From a virus, in the IMG/VR virus record IMGVR_UViG_3300009129_001089: DNA of 64,000 nucleotides; one strand, 5' to 3'. This document shows, piece by piece, positions 10,105-20,678 of this stretch; position 1 is the stretch's first letter; every line of letters begins with the position of its first letter. The translations under genes and the position numbers were made by a program. Below the pieces are notes generated by a model. It saw only the letters and a program-made list of their open reading frames with translations. It ran no database searches and was not told the DNA's origin.

Positions 10105-10731
10105 TTATCGGTTTTGCAGAATGCAAAGGGATGTTCCAACTATATGTTGCAACGATTTAAAATCTCTATTACCAAGATATAATTCATTTAATGCTTCAGT
10201 TACGCCAGGCCAATGGGGACTGCTATAGTCATGCCAAAGAATATATCCTCCTCGACGTACTAAATTATATGCAAGTTTAGAATCACTCATTGTATATTCA
10301 TAACTATGTGATCCATCAACAAACATAAAGTCAATTCTATCTATATAATCAGTAAAATCGTAGTCGGCCGAATCACCATATATTTGTTTTATCTGTGGAT
10401 GAGATTTAATAGTTGTGATTTTTCTTTTTCGAGTAGTCCAATCTAAAATGTATTTTGCTTCATCGGGTTCAAGTGGTAATTTAGTTTCGTTAGAAGGTAG
10501 GTCTATAGTAATAACTTCACCATCTTTTGGTTGATTTAGTGCCATATTAATAGTAGTTCTTCCATTAAATGTGCCTATTTCTAATATTTTTTTAGGTTTT
10601 AGTGTGCTTATTAGTAAAGAAATTACAACCAATTCAAGAGGTGTTATATTACCATCTTCAGGATTAAGATTTGTTAATGTTATAGATGTGTTTTTATCTA
10701 ATATATCGTCTATTAGTAACCATGGTATCAT
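10105..10731 (-). CDS. Class I SAM-dependent methyltransferase (Methyltransf_24-like)
   Basis: LEIGTFNGRT, GDS, FVDGSHSY, WHDY motifs. Confidence 0.9.
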   Translation of the reverse strand: MIPWLLIDDILDKNTSITLTNLNPEDGNITPLELVVISLLISTLKPKKILEIGTFNGRTTINMALNQPKDGEVITIDLPSNETKLPLEPDEAKYILDWTTRKRKITTIKSHPQIKQIYGDSADYDFTDYIDRIDFMFVDGSHSYEYTMSDSKLAYNLVRRGGYILWHDYSSPHWPGVTEALNELYLGNRDFKSLQHIVGTSLCILQNR

Positions 10732-11651
10732 GTTCTAACCCAAGCTCGAGGATGTTGTAAAGGAAAATCTAATCCACCTATTACTGAATGTATGCATTTT
10801 CTACATATTAAATCATTATCGCCCATTCCTTTACCATACATTTGATCTCTTAAATGATTTGCTTCTTCTGAATTAAGTATATATTCGACACTATCTTTTG
10901 TTATATCTCCTATAATGTTTTCTTGATAATAATCTTGGCAACATAAAAATACCTTTCCTTTATGGTTTATAGAAAAAGTATGTTTTAAAACTTTCTTAAC
11001 ACAATCATACATATAAGTATTACCTTTATATTTTGTCTGATATATATCATATTCGTTTTTATCATTAATTTTAAGATTACCACTTCTATTATTATGTGGC
11101 ATAAAATACCAATCTACGTTAATAGGATGAGTTATTATAGATTCTAATTGGTCTCTTATTTTTCCATTTAATACAATACCTCCTTTTAATTGATTACGAT
11201 TAGAAGAAAAAGTTTTTAATAAATTAAGTAAATTATTAAAAGTTTTCTTAAATTGGGCAGGCGGTAATCCATATGTAGCACACCATTCTTCTTCATCTAA
11301 TGTTGTCATATTAACTTCTATTTTTTGAACTACATGTTTATATTGGTATAAAAATGCAATTTTATCTGCATCTAATCTAGTACCATTAGTATGAAGTTGG
11401 AGGTCTATTTTATATTTGTCTAATAGTTTGATTCGTTCTTTAAAAAATTTATCTAGTAATGGTTCGCCATAGTGATTAAAAACCATATAAAAATATTTGT
11501 ATAATTTATTTGTTTTTCGTAGCTCTTTACATATGTGTTCGAATAGCTCTAAACTCATTGTATCAGCAGGAAGGGGATCCTGACTTTGAGGACAAAATAC
11601 ACATCGTGCATTGCAATGTCTAACTGTTTCTATATCAACATAATTTAACAT
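10728..11651 (-). CDS. Radical SAM protein with SPASM/twitch domain
   Basis: CNARCVFC, YGEPLL, TNG; C-terminal C...CCQD...CRKC. Confidence 0.9.
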   Translation of the reverse strand: MLNYVDIETVRHCNARCVFCPQSQDPLPADTMSLELFEHICKELRKTNKLYKYFYMVFNHYGEPLLDKFFKERIKLLDKYKIDLQLHTNGTRLDADKIAFLYQYKHVVQKIEVNMTTLDEEEWCATYGLPPAQFKKTFNNLLNLLKTFSSNRNQLKGGIVLNGKIRDQLESIITHPINVDWYFMPHNNRSGNLKINDKNEYDIYQTKYKGNTYMYDCVKKVLKHTFSINHKGKVFLCCQDYYQENIIGDITKDSVEYILNSEEANHLRDQMYGKGMGDNDLICRKCIHSVIGGLDFPLQHPRAWVRT

Positions 11652-11653
11652 GT

Positions 11654-12421
11654 TTACTTAAAAATATTAGTTTCTACAAAATCAATACAATATTCTATTC
11701 GTTTTAAAATTTTTCTACCATCGGCAATATAATCCATGATATGTTTATGAGCCCGTAAATTCATTAAAGAACCAAACAATGCAATAAATGATCGTATAGC
11801 ATCACTCATATATCGATCCTTATCAACAAAAGCAATATTAGGTTCATGATCAACTTTTGTAAACACGTTTGTTTTAGAACAATAAAACATATTGTTGCTA
11901 GATATCCAATCTACTTCTCCTATGCTACAATATTTTCCTGTAATTATTCCTTCGCCTTTAAAAATTCTTTGAGCTTCGTCATTAAAAAATTTTATTGTAT
12001 TCAACATTGCATCTAAAAATTCATCCATTGAAAAAATCATTTTAGATTTGCCTAATAAAAAATTATATATATCTTCACCGGGTACTCTTGTGGACTTCAG
12101 TATCCACCAATCATCTGTAAGATATGTTGTTATTCTGTTTGTTGGAAAATATGCATTGTTGTAAAATACATCATTTCTTGATATTCTATTTCTATACATC
12201 CCATAATAAATTTTATAAAATTCATCCTTAATTAAATCATGAATAACTACCTTTTGTTCTGATTCTATTTCTATTAAATTTAATTTAGAAGATCTTGTTT
12301 CAATTATCTCAAATTTTTCTAATTTAAATTCTACTAAAAATTTATATAGGAAATGTTCTTTTAATAATTCTATCTCAGAATAATCAAATAAAATTTTACC
12401 ATCAAAAATCGAATAGTTCAT
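11654..12421 (-). CDS. Degenerate protein-kinase-like/phosphotransferase protein
   Basis: YKIY, PG, D...NNMFY, KVDHEP; paralog of the next ORF. Confidence 0.45.
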   Translation of the reverse strand: MNYSIFDGKILFDYSEIELLKEHFLYKFLVEFKLEKFEIIETRSSKLNLIEIESEQKVVIHDLIKDEFYKIYYGMYRNRISRNDVFYNNAYFPTNRITTYLTDDWWILKSTRVPGEDIYNFLLGKSKMIFSMDEFLDAMLNTIKFFNDEAQRIFKGEGIITGKYCSIGEVDWISSNNMFYCSKTNVFTKVDHEPNIAFVDKDRYMSDAIRSFIALFGSLMNLRAHKHIMDYIADGRKILKRIEYCIDFVETNIFK

Positions 12422-13086
12422 AGAACCTCTTTATCAATAAATTTCATACATTTATCTAAAATTTTTGGCATTTCTAATACAGGAAGAAAATTACAATAAG
12501 GATATGAGTTAAAATTTTCAAAATGTTTTAGCAATCTATAATATGTTTTTTCTAAATATTCGTCACGAGTTAACCAAGCAGACGGTTCTATATCTATATT
12601 TGTTGAAGTATTAGTCTCAATATCATATATAATATTGCTTGCACATGAATCTCCCGCCGAATAGTCCCAATACTTATGTTCTTCTGGAAAAATGCGTCGA
12701 GTTTCATTTTTCACCCATATCAAATTATTTAAAAAACTATCAATTATATTTTCGTTAACTGTATTAGGTTTTAAAAAAAATTTTGATAATAAAGTTCCTT
12801 TAGGTATAGTTTGTTTAACAATCCATATATTTTCTTCAATAACAGATGAAACTAAATGATTTGGAAAATGTGCATTATTAAAAAAGATATAATCGTATTT
12901 TTTTACATATTTTGTATCTTTTATAAAAAAAATTTTATAATAACAATTATTTTTATCAAAAATAATCAATCTTGGATCAGCATGAACATTCGAACTAGTT
13001 GGAATTACTTTATATTCTTTAAGATCATAAATTTTTAAAAAGTTTGATAATAATTCACTTGATTCCATTGACAAGATCTGTTTCAA
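12418..13086 (-). CDS. Protein-kinase-like/phosphotransferase protein
   Basis: YYKIF, PKG, GDSCASNIIYD, NIDIEP (catalytic-loop and Mg-loop-like). Confidence 0.5.
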   Translation of the reverse strand: MKQILSMESSELLSNFLKIYDLKEYKVIPTSSNVHADPRLIIFDKNNCYYKIFFIKDTKYVKKYDYIFFNNAHFPNHLVSSVIEENIWIVKQTIPKGTLLSKFFLKPNTVNENIIDSFLNNLIWVKNETRRIFPEEHKYWDYSAGDSCASNIIYDIETNTSTNIDIEPSAWLTRDEYLEKTYYRLLKHFENFNSYPYCNFLPVLEMPKILDKCMKFIDKEVL

Positions 13087-13360
13087 TACTAGTTGATGCT
13101 TCTAATTCAAAATCGTAATCCATTGCATCATCTAATGCTTCGGCTATAGAATCGCCTTCGTCGGGTTGAATTGAACGGGTAAGATTTACTTCATAATGAT
13201 GTGTATAATTTTGCACATAATGCAACATAACACTATCTTCCATTGTTTGGACAATATCTTCTGGCCCATGTTTTTGAACGATATTAAAAAAATTTACTGC
13301 TAAGTCATCGGGCAACTCTTCATCCATTTTTAATATCAAATGATTAGTAAATTCAGCCAA
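13055..13360 (-). CDS. Acidic hypothetical protein
   Basis: TTG start with AAGGA SD. Confidence 0.7.
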   Translation of the reverse strand: MAEFTNHLILKMDEELPDDLAVNFFNIVQKHGPEDIVQTMEDSVMLHYVQNYTHHYEVNLTRSIQPDEGDSIAEALDDAMDYDFELEASTSIETDLVNGIK

Positions 13361-13372
13361 TTGTTATTCCTT

Positions 13373-13693
13373 TTAAATTTTAAGAAGAACTTTATCTACT
13401 GAACCGGCAACTCTATTTGTTACTTTTGCTCGTAAATAAACATAATTACCACTAAGAGTCATACCTCGAGTGTTTGAATCCGCTGTTAAATTGAATTCAA
13501 ATAAATCAAACCAGTCTGCTTCAATTGGATTACTAGCAAGAGTAGCCTGAATACTTAAGAGACCAGTATAACCAGTCGTATACATTACTACTGTATGCAA
13601 TCCATCTGCGTAACCGTAATAACCATCTGCTTGTATTTTATCGCCTGTAGTATCGGCACTAACAGTGGTCATCATTACTACACTACTAGCCAT
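13373..13693 (-). CDS. Beta-rich hypothetical phage protein (possibly structural)
   Basis: DGYYGYADGLHTV...IQATL...GNYVYLRA. Confidence 0.65.
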   Translation of the reverse strand: MASSVVMMTTVSADTTGDKIQADGYYGYADGLHTVVMYTTGYTGLLSIQATLASNPIEADWFDLFEFNLTADSNTRGMTLSGNYVYLRAKVTNRVAGSVDKVLLKI

Positions 13694-13883
13694 TTTCTGG
13701 AACCTCGCTTACATTAGCTTCTGAAACCACTTCTACCATAACATTTTGCCTGCCAGTAAGTTCACCAATAACTGGTTCCAAATTTGCAAGCATTTCGGGC
13801 GGTAGCAATGGTTGGACAGGATCTGCGTCTTTTAACATTTCAGATATTTTAATAACAATAACTTCTTCGTTTAATTTAGCCAT
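13686..13883 (-). CDS. Hypothetical protein
   Basis: ORF overlapping its neighbours in an operon. Confidence 0.7.
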   Translation of the reverse strand: MAKLNEEVIVIKISEMLKDADPVQPLLPPEMLANLEPVIGELTGRQNVMVEVVSEANVSEVPENG

Positions 13884-14181
13884 ATTTCTCTTTTCTACTT
13901 GCTGATACTTTATCCCATTCGGGTGTTCCTGGAGTTAGACCAAGATATGATTCAGAGTCAGTTGACTGTTTAATAGGGTCTTTCCAAGGAGACATACCAA
14001 TTGCACTAAACATTTCGTCTACTAGTCCCATTTCATAAGAACCGCTTTGCAATTCTTTTCTAAGTTCAAGAAGACCTTTAGTTAAAATTTTGAGCTTTTC
14101 TGAATCTCGCCTACTAACGGCCTTATCAAATGTATCTACTTCTAGTATATTACTATATTTTCGTAAAAGTTTTCCACTCAT
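13876..14181 (-). CDS. Hypothetical protein
   Basis: ORF with AGGA SD. Confidence 0.7.
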   Translation of the reverse strand: MSGKLLRKYSNILEVDTFDKAVSRRDSEKLKILTKGLLELRKELQSGSYEMGLVDEMFSAIGMSPWKDPIKQSTDSESYLGLTPGTPEWDKVSASRKEKYG

Positions 14182-14212
14182 AGGTTATCTTCCTAGTTAG
14201 ATATTACAGTAT

Positions 14213-16411
14213 TTAGCTGAAAAAGACATCTAATTTTATCTTGTCCTTAACAATATCTAATGTTGCTGTGCCTTTTTTGCCAAAGTTTTTTCGGAATAAC
14301 ATTTCTTTGGCGAGTGGTCGTTTAATTTCGTTATTAATTACACGTTGCATAGGCCTTGCACCCATTGCATCGTCATAGCCTTTTTCTACTAACCAATCTA
14401 TAACTACTGGTTTATAAACTACTTCTATATCACGTGGTTTGGAAAGAATATTTAAATCATTAATAAATTTAATTGCTATTTGTTTAACATTTTCTATAGA
14501 TAATTTATTAAAATTAACCATTGCATCTAATCTATTTCTAAATTCAGGCGAAAAGAATTTTTTAACTGCTTTTTCATGGGCATCATCATGTTTGTTACTT
14601 CCAAATCCTATAGCATTTTCGTCTGCTTTTGCGGCACCCAAATTAGATGTCATTATAAGTGTGGCATGTCTGCCACTAACTTGTTTACCATTTGATCCTG
14701 TAATAATTCCGTCATCCATAAATTGTAATAAAATATTAAGAACATCAATATGTGCTTTTTCAACTTCATCGAGTAATAATACACAATTTGTTTTTTCTTC
14801 CAACTCATTTATTAATGCTCCTGATCCTGCAGAACCATCTTCATAACCAACATATCCTGGAGGAGCACCAATCAATTTAGATACTGCATGTCGTTCTTGA
14901 TATTCTGACATATCGAACTTAACCAGTGGCAGATCTAAATAATGTGCTAGTTGTCTTGCTGTTTCGGTCTTCCCACAACCCGTAGGACCTGTAAACAAAT
15001 AACAACCAACAGGTTTCTTTGGATCCTTCAGTCCTGCTTTTGATATATAAATTGCATCTAATAATACAGTTAAAGCATCATCTTGCCCAAATACTTTTGT
15101 TTTTAAATTATTTTCTAAATCTATTATACTTTTATCCTGTTCTACATCTTTATGGCTTATTGTGTCTAAAGGTATTTTTGCTATTTTAGATATTTCTACT
15201 TTAATTTCTTCTGTATCAATAATAAGTTTTCTATCTGATTCTTTTGTAATACGTTGTCTTGCTCCGGCGGCATCGATTAAATCTATTGCTTTATCGGGCA
15301 ATTTTTTATCTAACAAGTATTGTGCTGATAAGTCTACTGCTGAATCTAATGCTTGATCTGTATAGTTTAAATTAAAAAAATCTGCATAATGTATTGAAGC
15401 ACCTCGTACAATTTTCTTTGCATCTTCTATACTAGGTTCATCTATACTAAGTTTTTGAAATCTTCGTACTAACGCTCTATCTTTTTCAAAATGTTGTCTA
15501 TATTCTTCTTGTGTAGTAGATCCGATGCAATGTAGTTTACCCTTTTGCAATGCAGGTTTAAGCATATTAGCAACATCCATAGAACCATTGCCGCCCGAAC
15601 CTGCTCCCATAATCATATGAATTTCGTCGATGAACAATATAGCATCATCACGTTCTTCGAGTTCATCTAATACTGCTTTTAATCGTTCTTCAAAATCACC
15701 TCTATATCTTGTACCTGCTAATAATGCACCTATATCTAAGTTATATACTATATTTTCTTTAATAATTTCGGGCACATTCCCGTCAACAATTAATTTTGCC
15801 AAACCTTCTACTATTGCAGTTTTTCCTACTCCAGGATCTCCTACCATTATTACATTATTCTTTTTACGCCGTGCAATAGTTTGGGCGAGTTGATCAACTT
15901 CCCATTCTCTACCTATAAGTGGATCTATTTTTTTCTTTAAGGCAAGATCATTAAGATTATCACAAAAAATTTCTAGAGCAGTACCGTCTTCATCATCCTC
16001 AGTTAATTTTTCTATTAAAATTTCTTTGCTAATATTATTACGTTGCATGTAAAAACTAGCAGGGGAATGCTGTTCTGCTAAAATAGATAATAGCAGATCT
16101 CGAGGATCTAGTTTATTTTTACCTGTAAATAAACTTTGAGTAAATGCTCTATTAAATACTCGTTCTAAAGTATTTGTTTTTTTAGGTTTAGCATTAGAAT
16201 CTATTTTTATATCATTCATTTCATTAATGACATAATAGTCTACTTCTTTTAATACATCCTTAGAATCTACTTTAATTTCTTTTAAAAAAGATCCGATACT
16301 TCTATCACGAAGTAATGAATGCAATAAATGTTCTAATGTAACGTATTGATGTTTATGTTCCTCTGCTAACTTAAATGCTCGTTTAACAATAGGTTCAATC
16401 TTGTCCGCCAC
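14213..16411 (-). CDS. clpA: ATP-dependent Clp protease ATPase subunit ClpA
   Basis: Clp N domain (EHLL), two Walker A motifs (GDPGVGKT, GPTGCGKT), no middle domain, IGF loop. Confidence 0.92.
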   Translation of the reverse strand: MADKIEPIVKRAFKLAEEHKHQYVTLEHLLHSLLRDRSIGSFLKEIKVDSKDVLKEVDYYVINEMNDIKIDSNAKPKKTNTLERVFNRAFTQSLFTGKNKLDPRDLLLSILAEQHSPASFYMQRNNISKEILIEKLTEDDEDGTALEIFCDNLNDLALKKKIDPLIGREWEVDQLAQTIARRKKNNVIMVGDPGVGKTAIVEGLAKLIVDGNVPEIIKENIVYNLDIGALLAGTRYRGDFEERLKAVLDELEERDDAILFIDEIHMIMGAGSGGNGSMDVANMLKPALQKGKLHCIGSTTQEEYRQHFEKDRALVRRFQKLSIDEPSIEDAKKIVRGASIHYADFFNLNYTDQALDSAVDLSAQYLLDKKLPDKAIDLIDAAGARQRITKESDRKLIIDTEEIKVEISKIAKIPLDTISHKDVEQDKSIIDLENNLKTKVFGQDDALTVLLDAIYISKAGLKDPKKPVGCYLFTGPTGCGKTETARQLAHYLDLPLVKFDMSEYQERHAVSKLIGAPPGYVGYEDGSAGSGALINELEEKTNCVLLLDEVEKAHIDVLNILLQFMDDGIITGSNGKQVSGRHATLIMTSNLGAAKADENAIGFGSNKHDDAHEKAVKKFFSPEFRNRLDAMVNFNKLSIENVKQIAIKFINDLNILSKPRDIEVVYKPVVIDWLVEKGYDDAMGARPMQRVINNEIKRPLAKEMLFRKNFGKKGTATLDIVKDKIKLDVFFS

Positions 16412-16913
16412 GTTTTGCTTTCCTATGAAGTTTTCGTAATAACTTTTTTTGCTTTTGTCTAGCCATTTGTAAAGTTAATTTTGCAACTTTATCTGTATAT
16501 AATACACCGTCTAAATGTTCCAATTCATGGCAATAACACCTAGCCATAATTTCAGTAAAAGTCATTGTTTGAACTTTACCATTAGAATCGGTAAATTCTA
16601 CAACTACTTCTGCTGGTCGTCCTATTCTAAGAAACAATCCTGGAAAAGATAAACATCCTTCTACATCATATATCAGTTCGTCTGATGCATTTAAAATTTT
16701 TGGATTAAAACACGCAATGGCTTCTTGTGGATCACCTATTAAAAACATTCTATAATTTAATCCTACTTGAGGTGCCGCTAAACCTATTCCACCATGTTCA
16801 AACATAAGTGGTGCCATTTCTGTAGATAATTTTTCTGGATCTACATCTCCATTAAAATCAAATTCAACAGAAGATTGTCTAAGAACCGGATCAGTATCTT
16901 TAACTAATTCCAT
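16395..16913 (-). CDS. def: Peptide deformylase
   Basis: GIGLAAPQVG, EGCLS, HELEHLDG. Confidence 0.95.
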   Translation of the reverse strand: MELVKDTDPVLRQSSVEFDFNGDVDPEKLSTEMAPLMFEHGGIGLAAPQVGLNYRMFLIGDPQEAIACFNPKILNASDELIYDVEGCLSFPGLFLRIGRPAEVVVEFTDSNGKVQTMTFTEIMARCYCHELEHLDGVLYTDKVAKLTLQMARQKQKKLLRKLHRKAKRGGQD

Positions 16914-16950
16914 TTGTCTCCTTAAAATATTTATTGTTAACTAAAACTAT

Positions 16951-16979
16951 AGTATAACATATATCTTAATAATTTACAA
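16951..16979 (-). promoter_or_regulatory. sigma70-like promoter upstream of def
   Basis: TTGTAA-17 bp-TATACT with extended TG. Confidence 0.55.
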
Positions 16980-18060
16980 GAAATTTCATTCGTTTTTTGA
17001 TTGATTCTACGGTAGGCTCTGTAGTAATTGTAGGATTCATAAAAATAGATTTATACAATGCTTTATCTAATGTAACATTTGTTTCTATGTTGTCTCTATT
17101 AAAATCCTTTGGTAAGGAATGTCTATATGATGAAAATTTCCAATCTTCGATATTAGTAATATTTTTAACATCTTTTAATATGTTTTCCATTTTCATAATG
17201 TAATTTTTATCTCGTTTAATTTCAACAAATACAAGATAATTACCATCTTCGTCTGATCCCGGAGATACTTCTACATCTAAAATATCATAACCACCCTGTT
17301 CAATAAAATGTGCAAGATCGTGTGCTGGTGGTTCATATTTAAGTACTTTAAATGATGTAACAATTGTCTCTTCTTCAGATCCTAATTTTGGTTGAAATGT
17401 ATCAATTGCTATTACATTGTCAATTACATCTCGCAAGTCGTTTGGTTCAAGTCCTTCACGTACAACTGATTCTGGAAGTTGTGCCGCCATATTAGGATCT
17501 GGTGCAGTTTGGTATTGTTCTTCACCGCCTGCACCTTCATCGTAGGCATCTTTAACATCTTCTAATTCAACATCTTCGTCACCTGATGTACCGGCAGTAT
17601 CTGCCAAAAATTCATCAATAAAATGTCTCGGAATTTCTATTTTAACTAACCAACATGGAAGTTTTATAAGTTTTGCCCTGCGTTTACCTTCTGAAGGTTT
17701 CATTTGTCCTTCATCGGTTAATTTTTCTTCATTAGCCCTAGGTTCGGCATCTTCGGGATGAACAAGTTTTGCAGGTTTTAAATAATGATCTTCTTTGAAA
17801 CTACACTTGATACCATGTTTTGTAAGACGTTTTGTTGCATCTGGATCGGGCATTAACTTATACGGATACATTAATGTACATGTAATCCAGTATTTTTCTA
17901 CTTGGGGGCCGTCAACTAGCTCACCTTTTTTCCAGTTTTGAAATGCATAAATGTCTAAACTATCTAAAACATCTTCCCATTCTAATAGAAGATCGAGTAG
18001 TGTTTCACTACCATGTATTGAGTTTATATTGTTATTGATTGTTTCGAATTCTTGTGGCAT
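16966..18060 (-). CDS. Hypothetical two-domain phage protein
   Basis: 364-aa ORF with SD; acidic linker with ESVVRE processing-like site. Confidence 0.7.
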   Translation of the reverse strand: MPQEFETINNNINSIHGSETLLDLLLEWEDVLDSLDIYAFQNWKKGELVDGPQVEKYWITCTLMYPYKLMPDPDATKRLTKHGIKCSFKEDHYLKPAKLVHPEDAEPRANEEKLTDEGQMKPSEGKRRAKLIKLPCWLVKIEIPRHFIDEFLADTAGTSGDEDVELEDVKDAYDEGAGGEEQYQTAPDPNMAAQLPESVVREGLEPNDLRDVIDNVIAIDTFQPKLGSEEETIVTSFKVLKYEPPAHDLAHFIEQGGYDILDVEVSPGSDEDGNYLVFVEIKRDKNYIMKMENILKDVKNITNIEDWKFSSYRHSLPKDFNRDNIETNVTLDKALYKSIFMNPTITTEPTVESIKKRMKFLVNY

Positions 18061-18086
18061 AATACTCCCAAGGCCATTTACTATAT

Positions 18087-19007
18087 TTAGCCTGTTTTTA
18101 ACTTTTCTAATTCGATTAAAGTTGCAGATAAATTAATTTCAGGGTCGGCTATCATACCATGTTTAACCAATCCATTGCGAATTATAAGAATTGCTTCGTC
18201 TTGTTTATCTTCTTCACCCCAAAACTCTAAATTTCTATACAAAAATCTATATACATCCTCATATTCGTCTAATTTAACTTGTTCACATATAAGTTTTCTT
18301 GCATCTTTAATTTTACCTTCTCTAAATAAACCAACCATTGCTAGTTTATAATCATCTGAACTATCTACATCTGTTGGTAATGTAAGTTTATTATCTATAC
18401 AATGTAATTGTACATTGTTTATAGTTTTACGTAAATCGGGATATGTTGCTTTTACATATGTATCTAATACATCTATTTCAAATTCTATATTCTCTTTTGC
18501 AAGTATTTCGCCTACACGAACAATAAATTCTGTTTGATCTAAATTTTGTATATGGAAACCTTGGCACCTTGAATGTATTGCAGGAATAATTTTTTGTGGA
18601 TAATTACAGGTTATAATAAATCGAAGCACCTCGTGATATTGTTCCATTACTCCACGTAATGCTCCTTGTGCATTAGGAGATAGATAATCTCCTTCGTCTA
18701 GTAAAATAACTTTAAATTCACCCCAAGGCATTGTGCTTGCAAAATTTGTCATTTTATATCTTACATCATCTACTCCTGTTTGCCTTGAAGCATTTATTTG
18801 TAATACATCCGCATCTTCAACTTCTAATGCTTTACATAAAACTTTTGCTAAAGTAGTTTTACCTGTACCTGGACCGCCACTAAACAATAAATGTGGTATT
18901 GATTTTTCTGCAATCCAAGTTTCTACTTGTTGTCGTTGTGAATTGTCTCTAAATACGTATTCGTTTGCAGTTTCAGGTCTGTACTGCTCTGTCCAAAGTT
19001 TTTTCAT
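18087..19007 (-). CDS. Clamp loader subunit (T4 gp44/RFC small subunit-like)
   Basis: LWTEQYRP, GGPGTGKT, LDEGD, SRC. Confidence 0.93.
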   Translation of the reverse strand: MKKLWTEQYRPETANEYVFRDNSQRQQVETWIAEKSIPHLLFSGGPGTGKTTLAKVLCKALEVEDADVLQINASRQTGVDDVRYKMTNFASTMPWGEFKVILLDEGDYLSPNAQGALRGVMEQYHEVLRFIITCNYPQKIIPAIHSRCQGFHIQNLDQTEFIVRVGEILAKENIEFEIDVLDTYVKATYPDLRKTINNVQLHCIDNKLTLPTDVDSSDDYKLAMVGLFREGKIKDARKLICEQVKLDEYEDVYRFLYRNLEFWGEEDKQDEAILIIRNGLVKHGMIADPEINLSATLIELEKLKTG

Positions 19008-19717
19008 AATGTTAAATATGAATTTGTAAAACCGTACGAACGGTCAGTTTCATTAAAATAATAATTATTTGGATGCAACCAAATATTACCCATAGAACTA
19101 TTTCCAAATGGTTGCGATGTGTTATTAAAAAATTTTATAAACTTAAATTCAATAAACACATTTACATTTGACATATATGCTTGTGCTAAATGAGATATCC
19201 AACTGTCAGTACCTATAAACATAATAGATTTACTTGCTATTTCTGCAAGATATTCCCATTCATAATCAGGTTTATCTATTTGTACTATTGTATAATGTTT
19301 TGAATATTTTGTTAACACATGATCAATAATATTATTTGGTAAAGGTAGTTTGCCTTGTGTATGTAATAATATTATATTTTCTTTCTCTACGCCTTCGTGA
19401 ATATATAATTTAGGCCCTAATATTTTAGGTTTTATTTTAATGTTTAAATAATTAAATAATAAATCAGATCTAGAATTTATATTATATGGTTTACGTATAA
19501 ATTCTAGATCTAGTTTATTAAAATTTAATTCTACTAAATTATCGTCATTATAATCTATTTTTGTTACATATGGGTTGTATTTTAAAAAAGGATTATTATA
19601 TTTGTCGATAAAAGTATATCCTGCCTCATGTAAATTTTCAGGAAACTCTGTCAATATTAAATTATCACCTATTTTAGTTTTTTTATATGAATAGGTTATA
19701 CAAATATTATTTTTCAT
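19004..19717 (-). CDS. Glycosyltransferase family 9-like protein (very low GC)
   Basis: IGD N-terminal motif, NPY, FIGTDSWISHLA. Confidence 0.65.
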   Translation of the reverse strand: MKNNICITYSYKKTKIGDNLILTEFPENLHEAGYTFIDKYNNPFLKYNPYVTKIDYNDDNLVELNFNKLDLEFIRKPYNINSRSDLLFNYLNIKIKPKILGPKLYIHEGVEKENIILLHTQGKLPLPNNIIDHVLTKYSKHYTIVQIDKPDYEWEYLAEIASKSIMFIGTDSWISHLAQAYMSNVNVFIEFKFIKFFNNTSQPFGNSSMGNIWLHPNNYYFNETDRSYGFTNSYLTL

Positions 19718-19973
19718 CCATTCCGCTAAAGTGATATAATAGTATACTATAATGTAACGCTTTTAGCAAGTCTTTTTTGTTTTTTCCTTCTTTATCTCCG
19801 AAACGATAAAGATATTTTATTGCATTTGCTCTGCAAAAAGGTTCGGCAATATTAAGATGTTTAAATACATCTTGTATTTGAAAATCATCAGCGGCATAAT
19901 GTTCACCGTATGTTTTATTGATGTATTCTGTTAGTTCTTTTAATATTTCTCCTTCATTGTATCTATATTTCAT
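19707..19973 (-). CDS. DUF3310-like conserved phage protein
   Basis: HY...FCRANAIKYLYRFGDKEG...DLLKALHY. Confidence 0.75.
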   Translation of the reverse strand: MKYRYNEGEILKELTEYINKTYGEHYAADDFQIQDVFKHLNIAEPFCRANAIKYLYRFGDKEGKNKKDLLKALHYSILLYHFSGMDEK

Positions 19974-19980
19974 TTTCTCC

Positions 19981-20424
19981 TTAATCTATCATTTTGACTC
20001 TGACTTCGTGCCTACCACCTAAAAAGTCTGTTTCAAAAAATGTATTTGCTATATTAATTGCTTGGTATGGTGTTACTACTCTTGCTCCCATACATAATAT
20101 ATTTGCATTGTTATGTTGTCTAGCCATCATTGCAGTATATACATCATGGCATAATGCGGCTCGTACACCTTTTACTTTATTAGCAACCATACTCATTCCG
20201 ATACCTGTACCACATATGAGTATACCATAATCTGCATCGCTAGTGGCCACCAAATCAGCGACCATTTTTCCATATTCAGGATAATGTACACTATCAAGTG
20301 AATTGCATCCTACGTCATGAAAACGTGTAGTATCGTCTTTTTTCATTAATGATGTATATAATGCATCTTTAACTGATTGTTTTATCTCATAACCGGCATG
20401 ATCACATCCAATAACAATTTTCAT
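19981..20424 (-). CDS. rpiB: Ribose-5-phosphate isomerase B
   Basis: GCDHAG, ICGTGIG, RQHNNAN, GGRH. Confidence 0.95.
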   Translation of the reverse strand: MKIVIGCDHAGYEIKQSVKDALYTSLMKKDDTTRFHDVGCNSLDSVHYPEYGKMVADLVATSDADYGILICGTGIGMSMVANKVKGVRAALCHDVYTAMMARQHNNANILCMGARVVTPYQAINIANTFFETDFLGGRHEVRVKMID

Positions 20425-20432
20425 ATTTTCTC

Positions 20433-20675
20433 CTAATTCAAATAATAAGATGCTATCTCGTCCCCAGATGCCTCAGGCGATGCATCTGCCATTTTTATAA
20501 TTATTTCATGTAATTCATCGGCTTGATCTTCGTCCTCAGGATAGAAATGTGCTTCTTCTGCTCCGATACTTTGTAAATATTCTTTTGATTCTCGTAGCTC
20601 GTGAAGTTCAAAGATTATGCCATTAATACATAATTTACCGTCCACTACACATATAACTGGGTTTTTATCAATCAT
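20433..20675 (-). CDS. Acidic hypothetical protein
   Basis: ORF in operon. Confidence 0.6.
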   Translation of the reverse strand: MIDKNPVICVVDGKLCINGIIFELHELRESKEYLQSIGAEEAHFYPEDEDQADELHEIIIKMADASPEASGDEIASYYLN

Positions 20676-20678
20676 AAT

